Source: a virus (lineage: Duplodnaviria; Caudoviricetes). From it: DNA of 64,000 nucleotides. The position numbers were made by a program, and so were the translations under genes. The stretch lies in IMG/VR virus record IMGVR_UViG_3300033463_000004, positions 160,001 to 224,000 of that record; one strand, given 5' to 3'. Of this stretch, positions 1 through 10,400 are shown piece by piece. Positions within the stretch are counted from its first letter, which is position 1. Each line of letters starts with the position of its first letter. Below the pieces are notes generated by a model. It was not told the origin of the DNA. It made no database searches and saw only the letters and a list, made by a program, of their open reading frames with translations.

Positions 1-304
1 CATCATATGCTCCGGATAAACTGTATGTCGTATCAGTGAATACTGCATTCGATGGAACATCCTTACCGACCGTATGTCCATTGACGGTTGCAGCAGCACC
101 GGTCCATACAACAGAATGCCAATTGTTATACCAGTTTTGAATTTTACCCAATGCAAGCGCTAGGTCTTGTCCATGGGGGTGTTGTTCCGTTGTGGAACCA
201 TCAATGTTTGAAGCATGGTTATTACCGCCTTCAACAGTGACATCTGAAGTAGCTTGTGAAAATGTAACATTTATTTTTACTTCATTAAATGTCTTGCTTG
301 ACAT
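1..304 (-). CDS. tail fibre-like protein (partial, runs off window start)
   Basis: ATG at 304 after AAAGGAG; reads MSSKTFNEVKINVTF...LGKIQNWY...TVNGHTVGKDVPSNAVFTDT, motifs typical of Firmicutes phage tail fibres. Confidence 0.65.
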   Translation of the reverse strand, partial: MSSKTFNEVKINVTFSQATSDVTVEGGNNHASNIDGSTTEQHPHGQDLALALGKIQNWYNNWHSVVWTGAAATVNGHTVGKDVPSNAVFTDTTYSLSGAYD

Positions 305-325
305 GAAATCATCTCCTTTATGAAG

Positions 326-1858
326 TTACACCTCAACATTTAATGTGAGGCGATGATAGTCCGGAATACTTACAACACCGTTTGTGACATCCAAATCCTG
401 TGAAAATTGCATGATGGTCGAAGTTTCACCATTCTCAATAGAGATTAATGACGGACCATTCATCTCGAGATGTGTTACTCCCGTATTTGTAATGACGTAT
501 TTGCCAATTTCAATTGGCCATGATATTTCACAATATTGGAGTGAGTTCTCATCGATTGTAATGTCATTCTGTTCTTTTAATAGTAATATGACATATGTAG
601 CATGTTCAGGACGTGTTGAATCACCGGATAATGTATGCCATGTTGAATCCATTTGTATGAATTCATGATTGGAATTATAATATGCTGCTTTCCATACCAT
701 ATCTGTCGAATCTGTTGCTTGGGCTGATACATTCAACATCTGTGTCAAACCAGTTTCAATTTCAGGAGATCGAATGACATTTGTAATTGTATCATCATGA
801 GTTCCAGTAGTTGGATCAATTGAACCTTGTTCCCAAGCCAATGACGTGATATCTTGTGTTGTTTCACCTTCATCAATAGAAATTCCATCACCAGCAACAT
901 ATTCAGGAACTTCGCCTGATCCAGTTACCCATAAAACACCTTGCGAATTGACAGATAAACCATTGCCGACAATAACACCACCAAGTGTTTCCGTTGTTGC
1001 TGGTTCAATTGTTACTCCTTCGACCGTTTTCCATGTACCTTCCGCGGATAAGAATTTATCTTTATCAGCAGGATATGGTGCTGGTACCATACCGTCAGTA
1101 CCAGCATGCAAACCGTCAGTTCCTTCAAACACTTCATAGTTTTGCAAACTTGCAAGCTTTTCTTTTTCTTCACGAGTATATGACGCAGTAGTATCATTTA
1201 AGATATCAATGTTATTGTGTATATGTGCTTTTTCTTGTAATTCTTCGATATCTTCTTTGACTTCAGTGTCATCATAATTTTCCAAACTCGCAAGTTTTGT
1301 TTTTTCTTCACGAGTATATGGTGCAGTTGTTTGATCTAAAATATCTTTGTTCGCATGTGTATGTGAAGCATTTTCCAATCGGTTAATTGTTGGCATAATT
1401 TCAACACGTTTCACATATGCAGATAAGTCAACATCAAAAGCTCCACCAATAGAAATCCATTTACTATCATTCCATAAATATGTTATTGGATCTGGATATC
1501 CTGGATTATTTACAAATCGAATTTCTCCAAGTTTATTGCCAGTGATTGGTAATGATTCTTTTGTCGGATAAATTTGAGTTGATGGAATTGATACAGCTTT
1601 CAGATTTGTAATGATTCTGTCAACTTGTTCTTTTGTGTAATAATTGGATAAATCTCCACCTTCTCCACCTATATATGGGAGTTGACGATAATATTTATCA
1701 CCCTCGCCAACTTTCAATTTGGTGAGTCCTTCTGGAAATAATTCTATACACAGAACACCGCGTGGAATAGGCCAGTTTGCAATACCGGCTTCTGTCCACT
1801 GTTTGGATGTTCGGATGACATGTTCGAAATGATCATATTGAACATTTTGTGAAGCCAT
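326..1858 (-). CDS. tail fibre protein with Mtd/hyaluronidase-like N-terminal domain
   Basis: N-terminal W..P.G..CIE...KLKVGEG..Y..LPY; duplicated HxHxNxDILxxTTAxYTREEKxKLASLxNY unit; PATTETLGGVIVG motif; RBS AAAGGAGG. Confidence 0.7.
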   Translation of the reverse strand: MASQNVQYDHFEHVIRTSKQWTEAGIANWPIPRGVLCIELFPEGLTKLKVGEGDKYYRQLPYIGGEGGDLSNYYTKEQVDRIITNLKAVSIPSTQIYPTKESLPITGNKLGEIRFVNNPGYPDPITYLWNDSKWISIGGAFDVDLSAYVKRVEIMPTINRLENASHTHANKDILDQTTAPYTREEKTKLASLENYDDTEVKEDIEELQEKAHIHNNIDILNDTTASYTREEKEKLASLQNYEVFEGTDGLHAGTDGMVPAPYPADKDKFLSAEGTWKTVEGVTIEPATTETLGGVIVGNGLSVNSQGVLWVTGSGEVPEYVAGDGISIDEGETTQDITSLAWEQGSIDPTTGTHDDTITNVIRSPEIETGLTQMLNVSAQATDSTDMVWKAAYYNSNHEFIQMDSTWHTLSGDSTRPEHATYVILLLKEQNDITIDENSLQYCEISWPIEIGKYVITNTGVTHLEMNGPSLISIENGETSTIMQFSQDLDVTNGVVSIPDYHRLTLNVEV

Positions 1859-1880
1859 AATAAGACCTCCTTTCTGTCAA

Positions 1881-1895
1881 GTTACTGAAACGTTT
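1881..1895 (-). promoter_or_regulatory. putative late (non-virion RNAP) promoter AAACG-N6-TAAC
   Basis: AAACGTTTCAGTAAC upstream of the tail fibre RBS; the motif recurs before other structural genes. Confidence 0.6.
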
Positions 1896-1901
1896 TTGTG
1901 C

Positions 1902-1933
1902 ATAATCGGGTGGGGATATCCCCACCCGATTAT
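1902..1933. terminator. intrinsic terminator hairpin
   Basis: ATAATCGGGTGGGG-ATAT-CCCCACCCGATTAT just after the 1940-2917 stop. Confidence 0.75.
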
Positions 1934-1939
1934 TTTGTA

Positions 1940-2917
1940 TTATTCATTTATATCCCATATACAAACAAAATCCACAATGTCAACAAGAGTTCTATCTAAC
2001 CAGCTATCTACTGTTCCATTAGTATTCATAATAGTGTCAGGATACTGCGCAGTGTTTCTTCTTCTGATAACACAAAATGGGAATTGGTAACTCGGTATAG
2101 GCACTTCCGGAGGTACTGTAAAGAGTCCAGTCTGCCAACCAGTTGAGAAGTTTCCCATCGTGATAGATACTTGCATAATAGCCATGTTGTCTATTATTTG
2201 TATACCTCCGGATGAACTGGAAACCTTTGTCGTATCAACACTTACTTGATACTCCGGTGTTATCACATCCCATGAGAAATCACCTGCCACAATTGCAGCA
2301 CTATTACCACTGATTGCAATATGCACTTCGCCGTTTGGTAAAATATATCCGGTGTAGTCAAATCCATAACCACCATTGCCACATTTGAACAGATATTTTG
2401 TGAATGGTCTGATTTCTTCTGGTAAAATAAATGCAAGTTTATCACCGGATACAGAAGACTTGAATGTTACTCTACCAGTCCATGTTACTTTTGGACCAAT
2501 CTTGACAGGTTTTCCAGTGACTTCCGATACATCGGAAGCCGGTGTAACCTCGTAAAATACTGGAACCGCACCTGTCTTGACATTGACATCAACGGACGAA
2601 TACCCATCAGCACTATCATCGGTGGCATTATATACGCCATTTTCAGTGATAGATTTGTCAATTAATACTGCAGGAGTTCCTCCGCCACCATGTGGATCCT
2701 CTTCAGGAAATAACTCATAAAAGTTATCACCGGTAATTGGATCACCCGTGGAAGAATCAGTTATATAATATTTTGAAAAATTAATTAAATACCGAATCTG
2801 TGATGCTGTTGCCGTAAATCCAACAACAGGATTCGGTTGATTAATGATCGCGATGTTCACATTGTTTCCAGGTGGAACTGTAACATCACGAACATCAATT
2901 ACCAGTGTAGAAGACAT
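1940..2917 (-). CDS. tail fibre/receptor-binding-associated protein
   Basis: 325 aa; K.ITENGVY.A..D.ADGYS.V.V.V motif plus two beta-rich LPE..RP-type tip domains. Confidence 0.55.
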   Translation of the reverse strand: MSSTLVIDVRDVTVPPGNNVNIAIINQPNPVVGFTATASQIRYLINFSKYYITDSSTGDPITGDNFYELFPEEDPHGGGGTPAVLIDKSITENGVYNATDDSADGYSSVDVNVKTGAVPVFYEVTPASDVSEVTGKPVKIGPKVTWTGRVTFKSSVSGDKLAFILPEEIRPFTKYLFKCGNGGYGFDYTGYILPNGEVHIAISGNSAAIVAGDFSWDVITPEYQVSVDTTKVSSSSGGIQIIDNMAIMQVSITMGNFSTGWQTGLFTVPPEVPIPSYQFPFCVIRRRNTAQYPDTIMNTNGTVDSWLDRTLVDIVDFVCIWDINE

Positions 2918-2931
2918 TCATATCCCTCCGA

Positions 2932-4107
2932 TCATTCTTGTTCGATCAAAGGAACGAGCTTTCCGTCAAGCACATCAGTTGCCAGAGCTTCCTCAACTGG
3001 AATTGAATCGTCATTTGTTGTGGTATATTCCATTGTCGTCTGATACAACGTTCCAGGAATTAACCATACAATGGTTCCTTTGTGATATGTTGTACCTTTA
3101 CGATATTCATCACATGTGAGATACAGATTATTGAGATCATACTGCATCTCCTGAATCTGAAATTCCAGAGCATTTATCTTCTGCATAAGAGTTGCAATGA
3201 TCTGTTCAGTTGGATTAAACAAAGACTTGTAGATTCCATAAGAATCGCCAGCCATAATAGTATTCGACATGAATACAGTGAATGCGATACGTAGACGTGT
3301 TGTCACATTCAGCTGAACGGCAATACTCCAGTTCACATTCATTGAACCAATCATCAGTAACACATCTTGTGTCGTTGAGTTGATTGTGTCATGTTGAACT
3401 GCGACATGCGTATTGTTATTTGTCCATTGATAATATGGATTCAATGTATTGACAATATGTTCCTTTGTATCAATAACACCGACATATGCCTCGACACGTT
3501 CGATTGCCAACTGATATACACCGGCATAGTCAAGTTGTGGAATATTTGTCACAGCTATGTTTTTGAATGATGTGATGAAGAAATCATTGATATCAGTATA
3601 ATGGAACAGATGGTTGGAACAAGTTGAATCTACATGGGAAGAGTAAACCACACCACCATTACGATCGCGCAACGTGAAATGGAACCGGAAAATCACACTC
3701 GATTTTTGAATCGGAAGAACTTGTTCCAAAGTTTCATATTGAGAGGAAATCACACTTTCGATGAATGATTTCCATACTGTATTTGTGACAATGTCACCAG
3801 TCATATCAAAAGATCCTGTCAGATTAATGCAAGACGGATCAGTTGATTTCGAAATTCTGGTATAAACATTTTCAGAAACACTCAGTTTTGTGCCATATGT
3901 AGTCGAAGTGTTGTCCAACAAATATGGTGTATTGTTGATGATCATATATGCATTCTCTTGCATGTCACCGGACACAGGATACTGTGCAGTATTTGGTTGA
4001 TGCATACTGGTGCAACAATCACATTGATACAACGCACCTCTTGTGAACGGATATGACACGAGTACCGGTTGCTGAGATCCACAGCCTCCACATCCAATGT
4101 TGTTCAT
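2932..4107 (-). CDS. putative virion structural protein
   Basis: start MNNIGC after GAGGAGG; lies in the late operon; C-terminal short carbohydrate-binding-like segment. Confidence 0.5.
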   Translation of the reverse strand: MNNIGCGGCGSQQPVLVSYPFTRGALYQCDCCTSMHQPNTAQYPVSGDMQENAYMIINNTPYLLDNTSTTYGTKLSVSENVYTRISKSTDPSCINLTGSFDMTGDIVTNTVWKSFIESVISSQYETLEQVLPIQKSSVIFRFHFTLRDRNGGVVYSSHVDSTCSNHLFHYTDINDFFITSFKNIAVTNIPQLDYAGVYQLAIERVEAYVGVIDTKEHIVNTLNPYYQWTNNNTHVAVQHDTINSTTQDVLLMIGSMNVNWSIAVQLNVTTRLRIAFTVFMSNTIMAGDSYGIYKSLFNPTEQIIATLMQKINALEFQIQEMQYDLNNLYLTCDEYRKGTTYHKGTIVWLIPGTLYQTTMEYTTTNDDSIPVEEALATDVLDGKLVPLIEQE

Positions 4108-4121
4108 AAAAATTTTCCTCC

Positions 4122-5405
4122 TCACTTGATTTTCAATGTTTGTTTAATAATCCATATAATGATCGGAGTCCATAAGAATACTTCTTGTGATAATGAATTA
4201 TCAAACAATTGATCGCCCGTATAGAGCGAAAGATCCTGAATTGTACGAATTCTGCCATGAATATAATCATGAATTAATGAAATATAATCATGACGAGAAA
4301 GTTTAAATGCACGGATACATTTATCACGACATTTACAGCATGGACAATCACAGATTTGACATTCACGGATATCATTCTCGGCTGCAAGAATATTGTATAC
4401 TTCCATTGGGAAGTATAAACCTTCACCCGGATTCAGACACCATTCATCACCAGGAATCATGATATCTACATCATATCCATAATTTGCAAATGATGAATCT
4501 GGGAATTCTGAACCTTTTACAGTTCGATATTTGAATGTCGAAAGATATCGTAATGGCGCCTCACGTTCAATCCATTTATATGGAGAACGTTGATAATGAA
4601 AATCCATTTCAGGTTTATTACGAATCTTATTTTCATTCAGAACAATATTCCGATGTCCATTATCACGTATCATAATTCCAGTACGTGCCATGAACATGTT
4701 TCCACAAACATCAAATAATGTTCGTCCATTTAAATGCAATAAGAAACAATTGTGTGTTCGATCATAATAATTGGCAATATAATTTTCAATCATATCATCA
4801 GTCATTTTGATCAGTCTGGAACGAAGCTCGTAATCTTCTTTACCAATGACAGGAGTAAGATCTTCACCACCAACAGTTTGAAGATCCATCACATATTTAC
4901 CGACAACTTGCTTTTCAAGATATTGCAGTTCTTTCGGTTCAGTTGTATATAAACTATATGTGATGCGATATGAGCCATCGGTATTCAATCCGTCTTGTGT
5001 AACTTCTGTGACACGAATCAAATGTGTCATACGCAAATGATTTACAATAAAGAAATCATTTTCTTTTGGCATAATTGTTCCAGGAATTATGAATGCTTCA
5101 CCATTTAAATTATAATCACGAACATTTGTAGAACCCGCATTTCCATTTTCTGGAGACAATGGAGAAAATGCAATCAATACCATGTTCTCAATTTTACGAT
5201 AACGCAAAGGTGAATCATTTCCAAGAATTTGATAAGCGTCATTCAGACCAAGTGAATCTGTTGTATTTTGCTCGTCGATATTAAAATATGTGACAAGTGT
5301 TCTACCGCTACCAGTATATTTATTAATACGAGAATGCAAAAATTTATCGTATTTATAAATTTGCTGATCGACTAACGATTTTTCGTCATAAATCAATTGT
5401 GCCAT
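4122..5405 (-). CDS. conserved jumbo-phage virion structural protein
   Basis: VTYFNID...GL...YQILG.DSPLRY.KIEN...GEAFIIPGTIMP.ENDFF resembles phiKZ-like structural proteins; late motif upstream. Confidence 0.55.
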   Translation of the reverse strand: MAQLIYDEKSLVDQQIYKYDKFLHSRINKYTGSGRTLVTYFNIDEQNTTDSLGLNDAYQILGNDSPLRYRKIENMVLIAFSPLSPENGNAGSTNVRDYNLNGEAFIIPGTIMPKENDFFIVNHLRMTHLIRVTEVTQDGLNTDGSYRITYSLYTTEPKELQYLEKQVVGKYVMDLQTVGGEDLTPVIGKEDYELRSRLIKMTDDMIENYIANYYDRTHNCFLLHLNGRTLFDVCGNMFMARTGIMIRDNGHRNIVLNENKIRNKPEMDFHYQRSPYKWIEREAPLRYLSTFKYRTVKGSEFPDSSFANYGYDVDIMIPGDEWCLNPGEGLYFPMEVYNILAAENDIRECQICDCPCCKCRDKCIRAFKLSRHDYISLIHDYIHGRIRTIQDLSLYTGDQLFDNSLSQEVFLWTPIIIWIIKQTLKIK

Positions 5406-5452
5406 CTTCTTATCACCAACTTTCAAAAAAGAAATTATAAACGTATCCAACG

Positions 5453-5467
5453 TTTACAATGCGGTTT
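5453..5467 (-). promoter_or_regulatory. putative late promoter
   Basis: AAACCGCATTGTAAA fits ARAC-N7-TAA. Confidence 0.4.
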
Positions 5468-5489
5468 AATGAAAATATTTTATTTCTGA

Positions 5490-5503
5490 ACACATATATT
5501 ATT
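5490..5503 (+). promoter_or_regulatory. putative early promoter (CATATATATT motif)
   Basis: ACATATATATTATT followed by a GCACGG/CCGTGC leader hairpin and an RBS. Confidence 0.5.
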
Positions 5504-5555
5504 GGGAAGCACGGATACAAAATATTTCTCTACCGTGCAGAAAGGAAGTATTATC

Positions 5556-6179
5556 ATGGTAAAAATCAGAATCATTAGCAGTGCACAGACCGATGTTACA
5601 GATCTGCGTGCAAAAGGTTGGCATGTCCTGGTATTCAGAGGCACAAAACTTGATGACGATTTCATCACATTCGAAAAGAAAGACATTCGATTTGTCGTTA
5701 AAATCGGTGAGAAGGATGGTAATCGTGTCGTTGAAATCTTCAAGTTCATCGATGGTCATCAGAAAGATGAGAAACAGTTCTTCGAAAACGGATGTGGCAT
5801 CAATGGTACTTACTGGATTTCCGAAGGTAAGACGAATGAGTTGACATACATGTTCTACAGAAATGAGAAGCTGCAGACTCTTATCGACGAATTCGGTATC
5901 CGTCGAGTTGTATTTCCGAAGGATCCTGGCGAAAAATTTGAGAAGGATGTATATCTGGATATCGAGAAAGCAAAACGTTATTCCGGAACATTACCGGAAG
6001 CTCCATCGTTCCATACAGATGGAACATATGAGGAAGTTGGCACTGATGTGAAGGGTACTCGTAAATGGCATGTCACAGATGCAAGTTACATTTATGAATA
6101 CAATACCCTCACACTTACAATTCCACAGGTATATGATACGGAAAAGATCCGCGAGTTATTGGATGAATTGACTCAGTAA
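5556..6179 (+). CDS. hypothetical protein
   Basis: ORF with AAAGGA RBS before ATG 5556. Confidence 0.7.
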   Translation: MVKIRIISSAQTDVTDLRAKGWHVLVFRGTKLDDDFITFEKKDIRFVVKIGEKDGNRVVEIFKFIDGHQKDEKQFFENGCGINGTYWISEGKTNELTYMFYRNEKLQTLIDEFGIRRVVFPKDPGEKFEKDVYLDIEKAKRYSGTLPEAPSFHTDGTYEEVGTDVKGTRKWHVTDASYIYEYNTLTLTIPQVYDTEKIRELLDELTQ

Positions 6180-6197
6180 TACAAAGGAGGGTGTTCG

Positions 6198-7364
6198 ATG
6201 AGTGATATCCAATATAATTATCCAGTCGAAAAATTGGACGAACTCATCTCCATGATTTATGAACAGGGAATGACACCATTGTTGCCCCCTGATCTGCGTG
6301 CTGAAGTAGATCTTCGTTATCAGGAAATGCTTCATTATGGTGAAGATATTGACGACGACGATGATTCTGCATTTGCAAATGCAAGACGTCAGCATGAAGA
6401 AGTCATGAAGAACATTGAACAACAAAAGCGCAAATCTCATTCGAGAAATGTTCTCGTCTTGGAATTGACAGATGAAGAGAAAGCAGAATTAAAAGACGCC
6501 ATGTCATCATCTTATGTTCGTTCTGATCCGAATTTGCCATATTATATATCCGATAAAGATTTGGATATGAATGAAGAACGCAAGCGAATTTATGCACAAT
6601 TAAATTCGCTTGGAAAAGTGTATTATCATCAGGAAGATTTCAACAATGCAATTGCGATTATTGTTGAAGCAATCGAATTCTCGTTGAAATATGATTATCC
6701 TCATATACCACATGCAGAAGCGGTTAGAAGATTCAATGAAGGAACAATCAAATTCACGTATATTCAGATGCCAACATTATTCGTCGATTATAATACACAG
6801 ATTGATGATCCGAAACTTCTGAAAGGAATATTTACAGGTGATATCAATCTCACTGATAAAGATGCAGAACCTCCGAAGAAGAAGAAACGGAAATCCAAAC
6901 CTGTCGAGATGCCGTATTCTGTTATCACACCTGCACAGCATGCTGAAATGGTCAAGATCCATCAGATGGGATATAATACGGATATTTCTACAATCCTCAA
7001 AGCTTGTTCAACAGTTTACAATCGTTATGTGATCCCGACATCATTCACATATGGAAGCGATACACCGAAGACAATTCCAGAGTTCGATTGGATGCAACCA
7101 GATGCAGGTGCACAATATTTCGATCTCATTCATGGTGTAAAGCATAATACGACGGCAGAAATTGTAAGCTTGCTGAATGAACAAAACGACAGAAAGTTGA
7201 ATCATGTTCTTGGTACAAGTATGAAAGAATTCTTCCAGTCTTGGACACCCAAAGAGCAATCATTCAAAACAATATCAACATCATTGGAACAAACAAACGA
7301 GGCCGTTCAAATCGAGAACAAATTGCTTGATTTGATTAGACAGACAAATGCTGGAACAACATGA
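6198..7364 (+). CDS. hypothetical protein
   Basis: 388-aa ORF, AAAGGAGG RBS. Confidence 0.75.
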   Translation: MSDIQYNYPVEKLDELISMIYEQGMTPLLPPDLRAEVDLRYQEMLHYGEDIDDDDDSAFANARRQHEEVMKNIEQQKRKSHSRNVLVLELTDEEKAELKDAMSSSYVRSDPNLPYYISDKDLDMNEERKRIYAQLNSLGKVYYHQEDFNNAIAIIVEAIEFSLKYDYPHIPHAEAVRRFNEGTIKFTYIQMPTLFVDYNTQIDDPKLLKGIFTGDINLTDKDAEPPKKKKRKSKPVEMPYSVITPAQHAEMVKIHQMGYNTDISTILKACSTVYNRYVIPTSFTYGSDTPKTIPEFDWMQPDAGAQYFDLIHGVKHNTTAEIVSLLNEQNDRKLNHVLGTSMKEFFQSWTPKEQSFKTISTSLEQTNEAVQIENKLLDLIRQTNAGTT

Positions 7365-7441
7365 CAGAAAGGTAAGTCATGGCATATCCTTGTGCATTCG
7401 TATATGTCATTGACAACTTTTCCTTTCGGTTCGGATATAAA

Positions 7442-7463
7442 TGGCGGGGCAAATGCCCCGCCA
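7442..7463. terminator. terminator between convergent genes
   Basis: TGGCGGGGC-AAAT-GCCCCGCCA with T-rich sequence downstream. Confidence 0.7.
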
Positions 7464-7478
7464 CATATCCGTATTTTT

Positions 7479-10400
7479 TTATTTAATTTGGATTGGTTCA
7501 ACATTTGGAAGTGTAGAATGAATCCACATTCCGTCAAATGTATCACTGACAATGATTCTTGTACCAGGACGAATCATTGGAATGATTTGTTTCGTTTTTG
7601 TAATCTCATCAATCTTTCCAGTCTTGGAAGTTGATATGTACAATGTGAAACACTCATCCGACAATCCAGTTGTATATATCTCATAACCATCTTCTACTTT
7701 TTGTACATGAAGAATTTGATTCTTTCCAATTGTATCAATATAAGCAGACAGATGTTTGAAAGGTGTGATACCATTCAAACCTTCCAGTTTCCAAGTTTTA
7801 TCGTATGCTTTGAGAAGTTGTTCATTTTTTATTTCTTGTAAGCCAAGATTTGTAGATGTTAAATTGAACAACGATACGCTATTGATCGTTGGAATATTGT
7901 GTAATTGATTATATGATGTAATTTCTGGACTCTGAATGTATGACATAATATCTGTTTCATAATCGTGATTATTTGCAACACGAATATCATCATACAGATA
8001 TGTGTCAAGCGGTGTCTTTTGTGATTGATTGAATATAAATCCAATGGATTGATCGACAATGTCTGCACGATGTTTCAATACGTCGAGATATGATGTATAA
8101 ATATTTCCATCGAAATCAACATATGCATTTCCAATTCGATTGATTGCATTAATTGAAATGTCATCAACCAATTCAACAACATCAAGGTTCTTCAATGATG
8201 TCATATTTCTCAATTGGAAAGATGTTGGTGACAATATTATGATTTGTGATGGGTCAGAAACATATCGTCCATTTACCCAGAACTCATAACGATCACGAGA
8301 TAATGGTGTTGGAATCAACCCGGTTAAATCAACAACACCATCAGACGGAATCTTTTGTGTTGCATATCGACAAATTCCAATATGATTAGAACGAATTGTA
8401 TCAACATTTGTATTCGTTGTCAAATCGATTGTCAAACGTTTATTGGAGGTATTTGTCAATACATTACCGATTGGATATTTGATATCATTTTCTTTGTCAT
8501 AATAATACACATAAAGATCATCTTCATTTGTATTATCTTCTGAAACATCATGGAATGTATCAAGTTGATATAAGTTCCCAAGTTCCAAATAAAGGAATTG
8601 AGATAAATCAACACCTGAATGTGGTAACAATGCAACTTCATTCGGAATCAACCGGTATGCCAACAAAGATATTCCTTGTTCTGATATGTCATGAAGTTTA
8701 ATCCAATCTCCGTTATTTGCATCAGTTGTTGTCGTTGACGACACAGATACAATATATACACCACCGATGATTGGATGACTTTCATCAGGTATAATTGTGC
8801 ACACATAATCATGTGTATCATTTGTCTGAATTGTTGATTGTTGGATTTGAATACCTTCATCTGTTGTAATTGCTGTGAACATAACACTGGATGCAGTTTT
8901 ATCAAATGATGAAAATTCATCATCATTGACAGATATCAATGTGATAACATGTCCTGCTTCCATATTCTCTGCAGCATGCATAACCGACACATTATATGAT
9001 ACATCAATTATTTTTTGATCAATAGAAGTGTCAATCACCGGTTTCTTTATATATACATCAAAATCTTGATATGTGTATGTGTTGTTTTCTGTGTAGAATC
9101 TCAAATCACCAAAACGAATCGGAGAACCGGTTGTATAGTAACCACTTCTTGAAGGTCTATCGAATGTAAAACCATTTACAGGACCGAATGATTCTGGCAA
9201 AGGTTTTAATTTGGAACTGCGATAGATTTCAGACTCGTCATAGTGTTTTCTGATACGGATAGATTCGTATTGGTCATTTTGTTTATTTGGATCATCTGCA
9301 TATACAGATATCACAGGTTGGAATCGTGCCACACAATTCATATCATGTAATTCAATTTCACTGTAAACATCGGATGATTCATATACGAAATAAATCAATA
9401 AACGTTTTGATCTGAAATACGTATCATTGAATATAATCGTCATAGAAGTCATCACATTATCAGTGTCAGAATCATTACAATCATTGAGATGTATACCATT
9501 TTCAACTGTTGTTTCAATATAATATGCAGACGGATCGATCCATTCTTTGTGTTCCCAATCATATAACAACACTTGCATTTTATCAGAATACAATAAATCC
9601 ATCACATATGGATGGAATGTTCTTGATAAATGCGCACGTCCATTATTGATATACACTAATGCATCATCATATGCACGAACATTATACCAAGTTGTCGGAG
9701 ATTCTAATTGTGCTTCATATTCATCCATACGAAGTCTGTGGGCATACCAATAATTCTTTTTCAGTTCACATTCTTCAATTTGAATTCTGATAGAACGTTT
9801 TTCTTCTTCGGTTGTTGCTTCCGCCATTTGTTCATATAATGCATAAATTCTTGCATCATATTCACGAACTTTTGTCATTGCCAATATTGATTGTTGTTGG
9901 AATACTTCTTTTTCTTTATCCCATATTTGATGATCGTCAGGTTCTGTACGCAACACTGTATACAATTCTGGAAGCGTATATGTATTGAAATTATGATTGA
10001 TCATATTCAATTCAATGAATGCATCATCTGTCATAATATCCGCAGATCCAATATATACAAAATGATGATGTAAATTATCGTCAACATGGAATCGATTTGG
10101 AACACCATCTTCACCAAACATTTCTGCGAGCTTTTCATAGATGTCATCGGACTTTGATTGAACAGACGGTGGATCTCCTGGGATGGGATCAGATACATCA
10201 ATTGTATAATCGGAAAATTCATCCAAGAAATTCCGAATATTGTCATCAGCAATATTACAATCAATATTTGTTGTAAGATATTTGTGGATTACATCAATAT
10301 CATTTGTTTCCGTCCATTTTGTATGCTGCATATCGACTTTTGCTTCGATAAATCCGCGTTCGATGGAATGATCGATTTTTGTAATGATGATTGGGAAAAT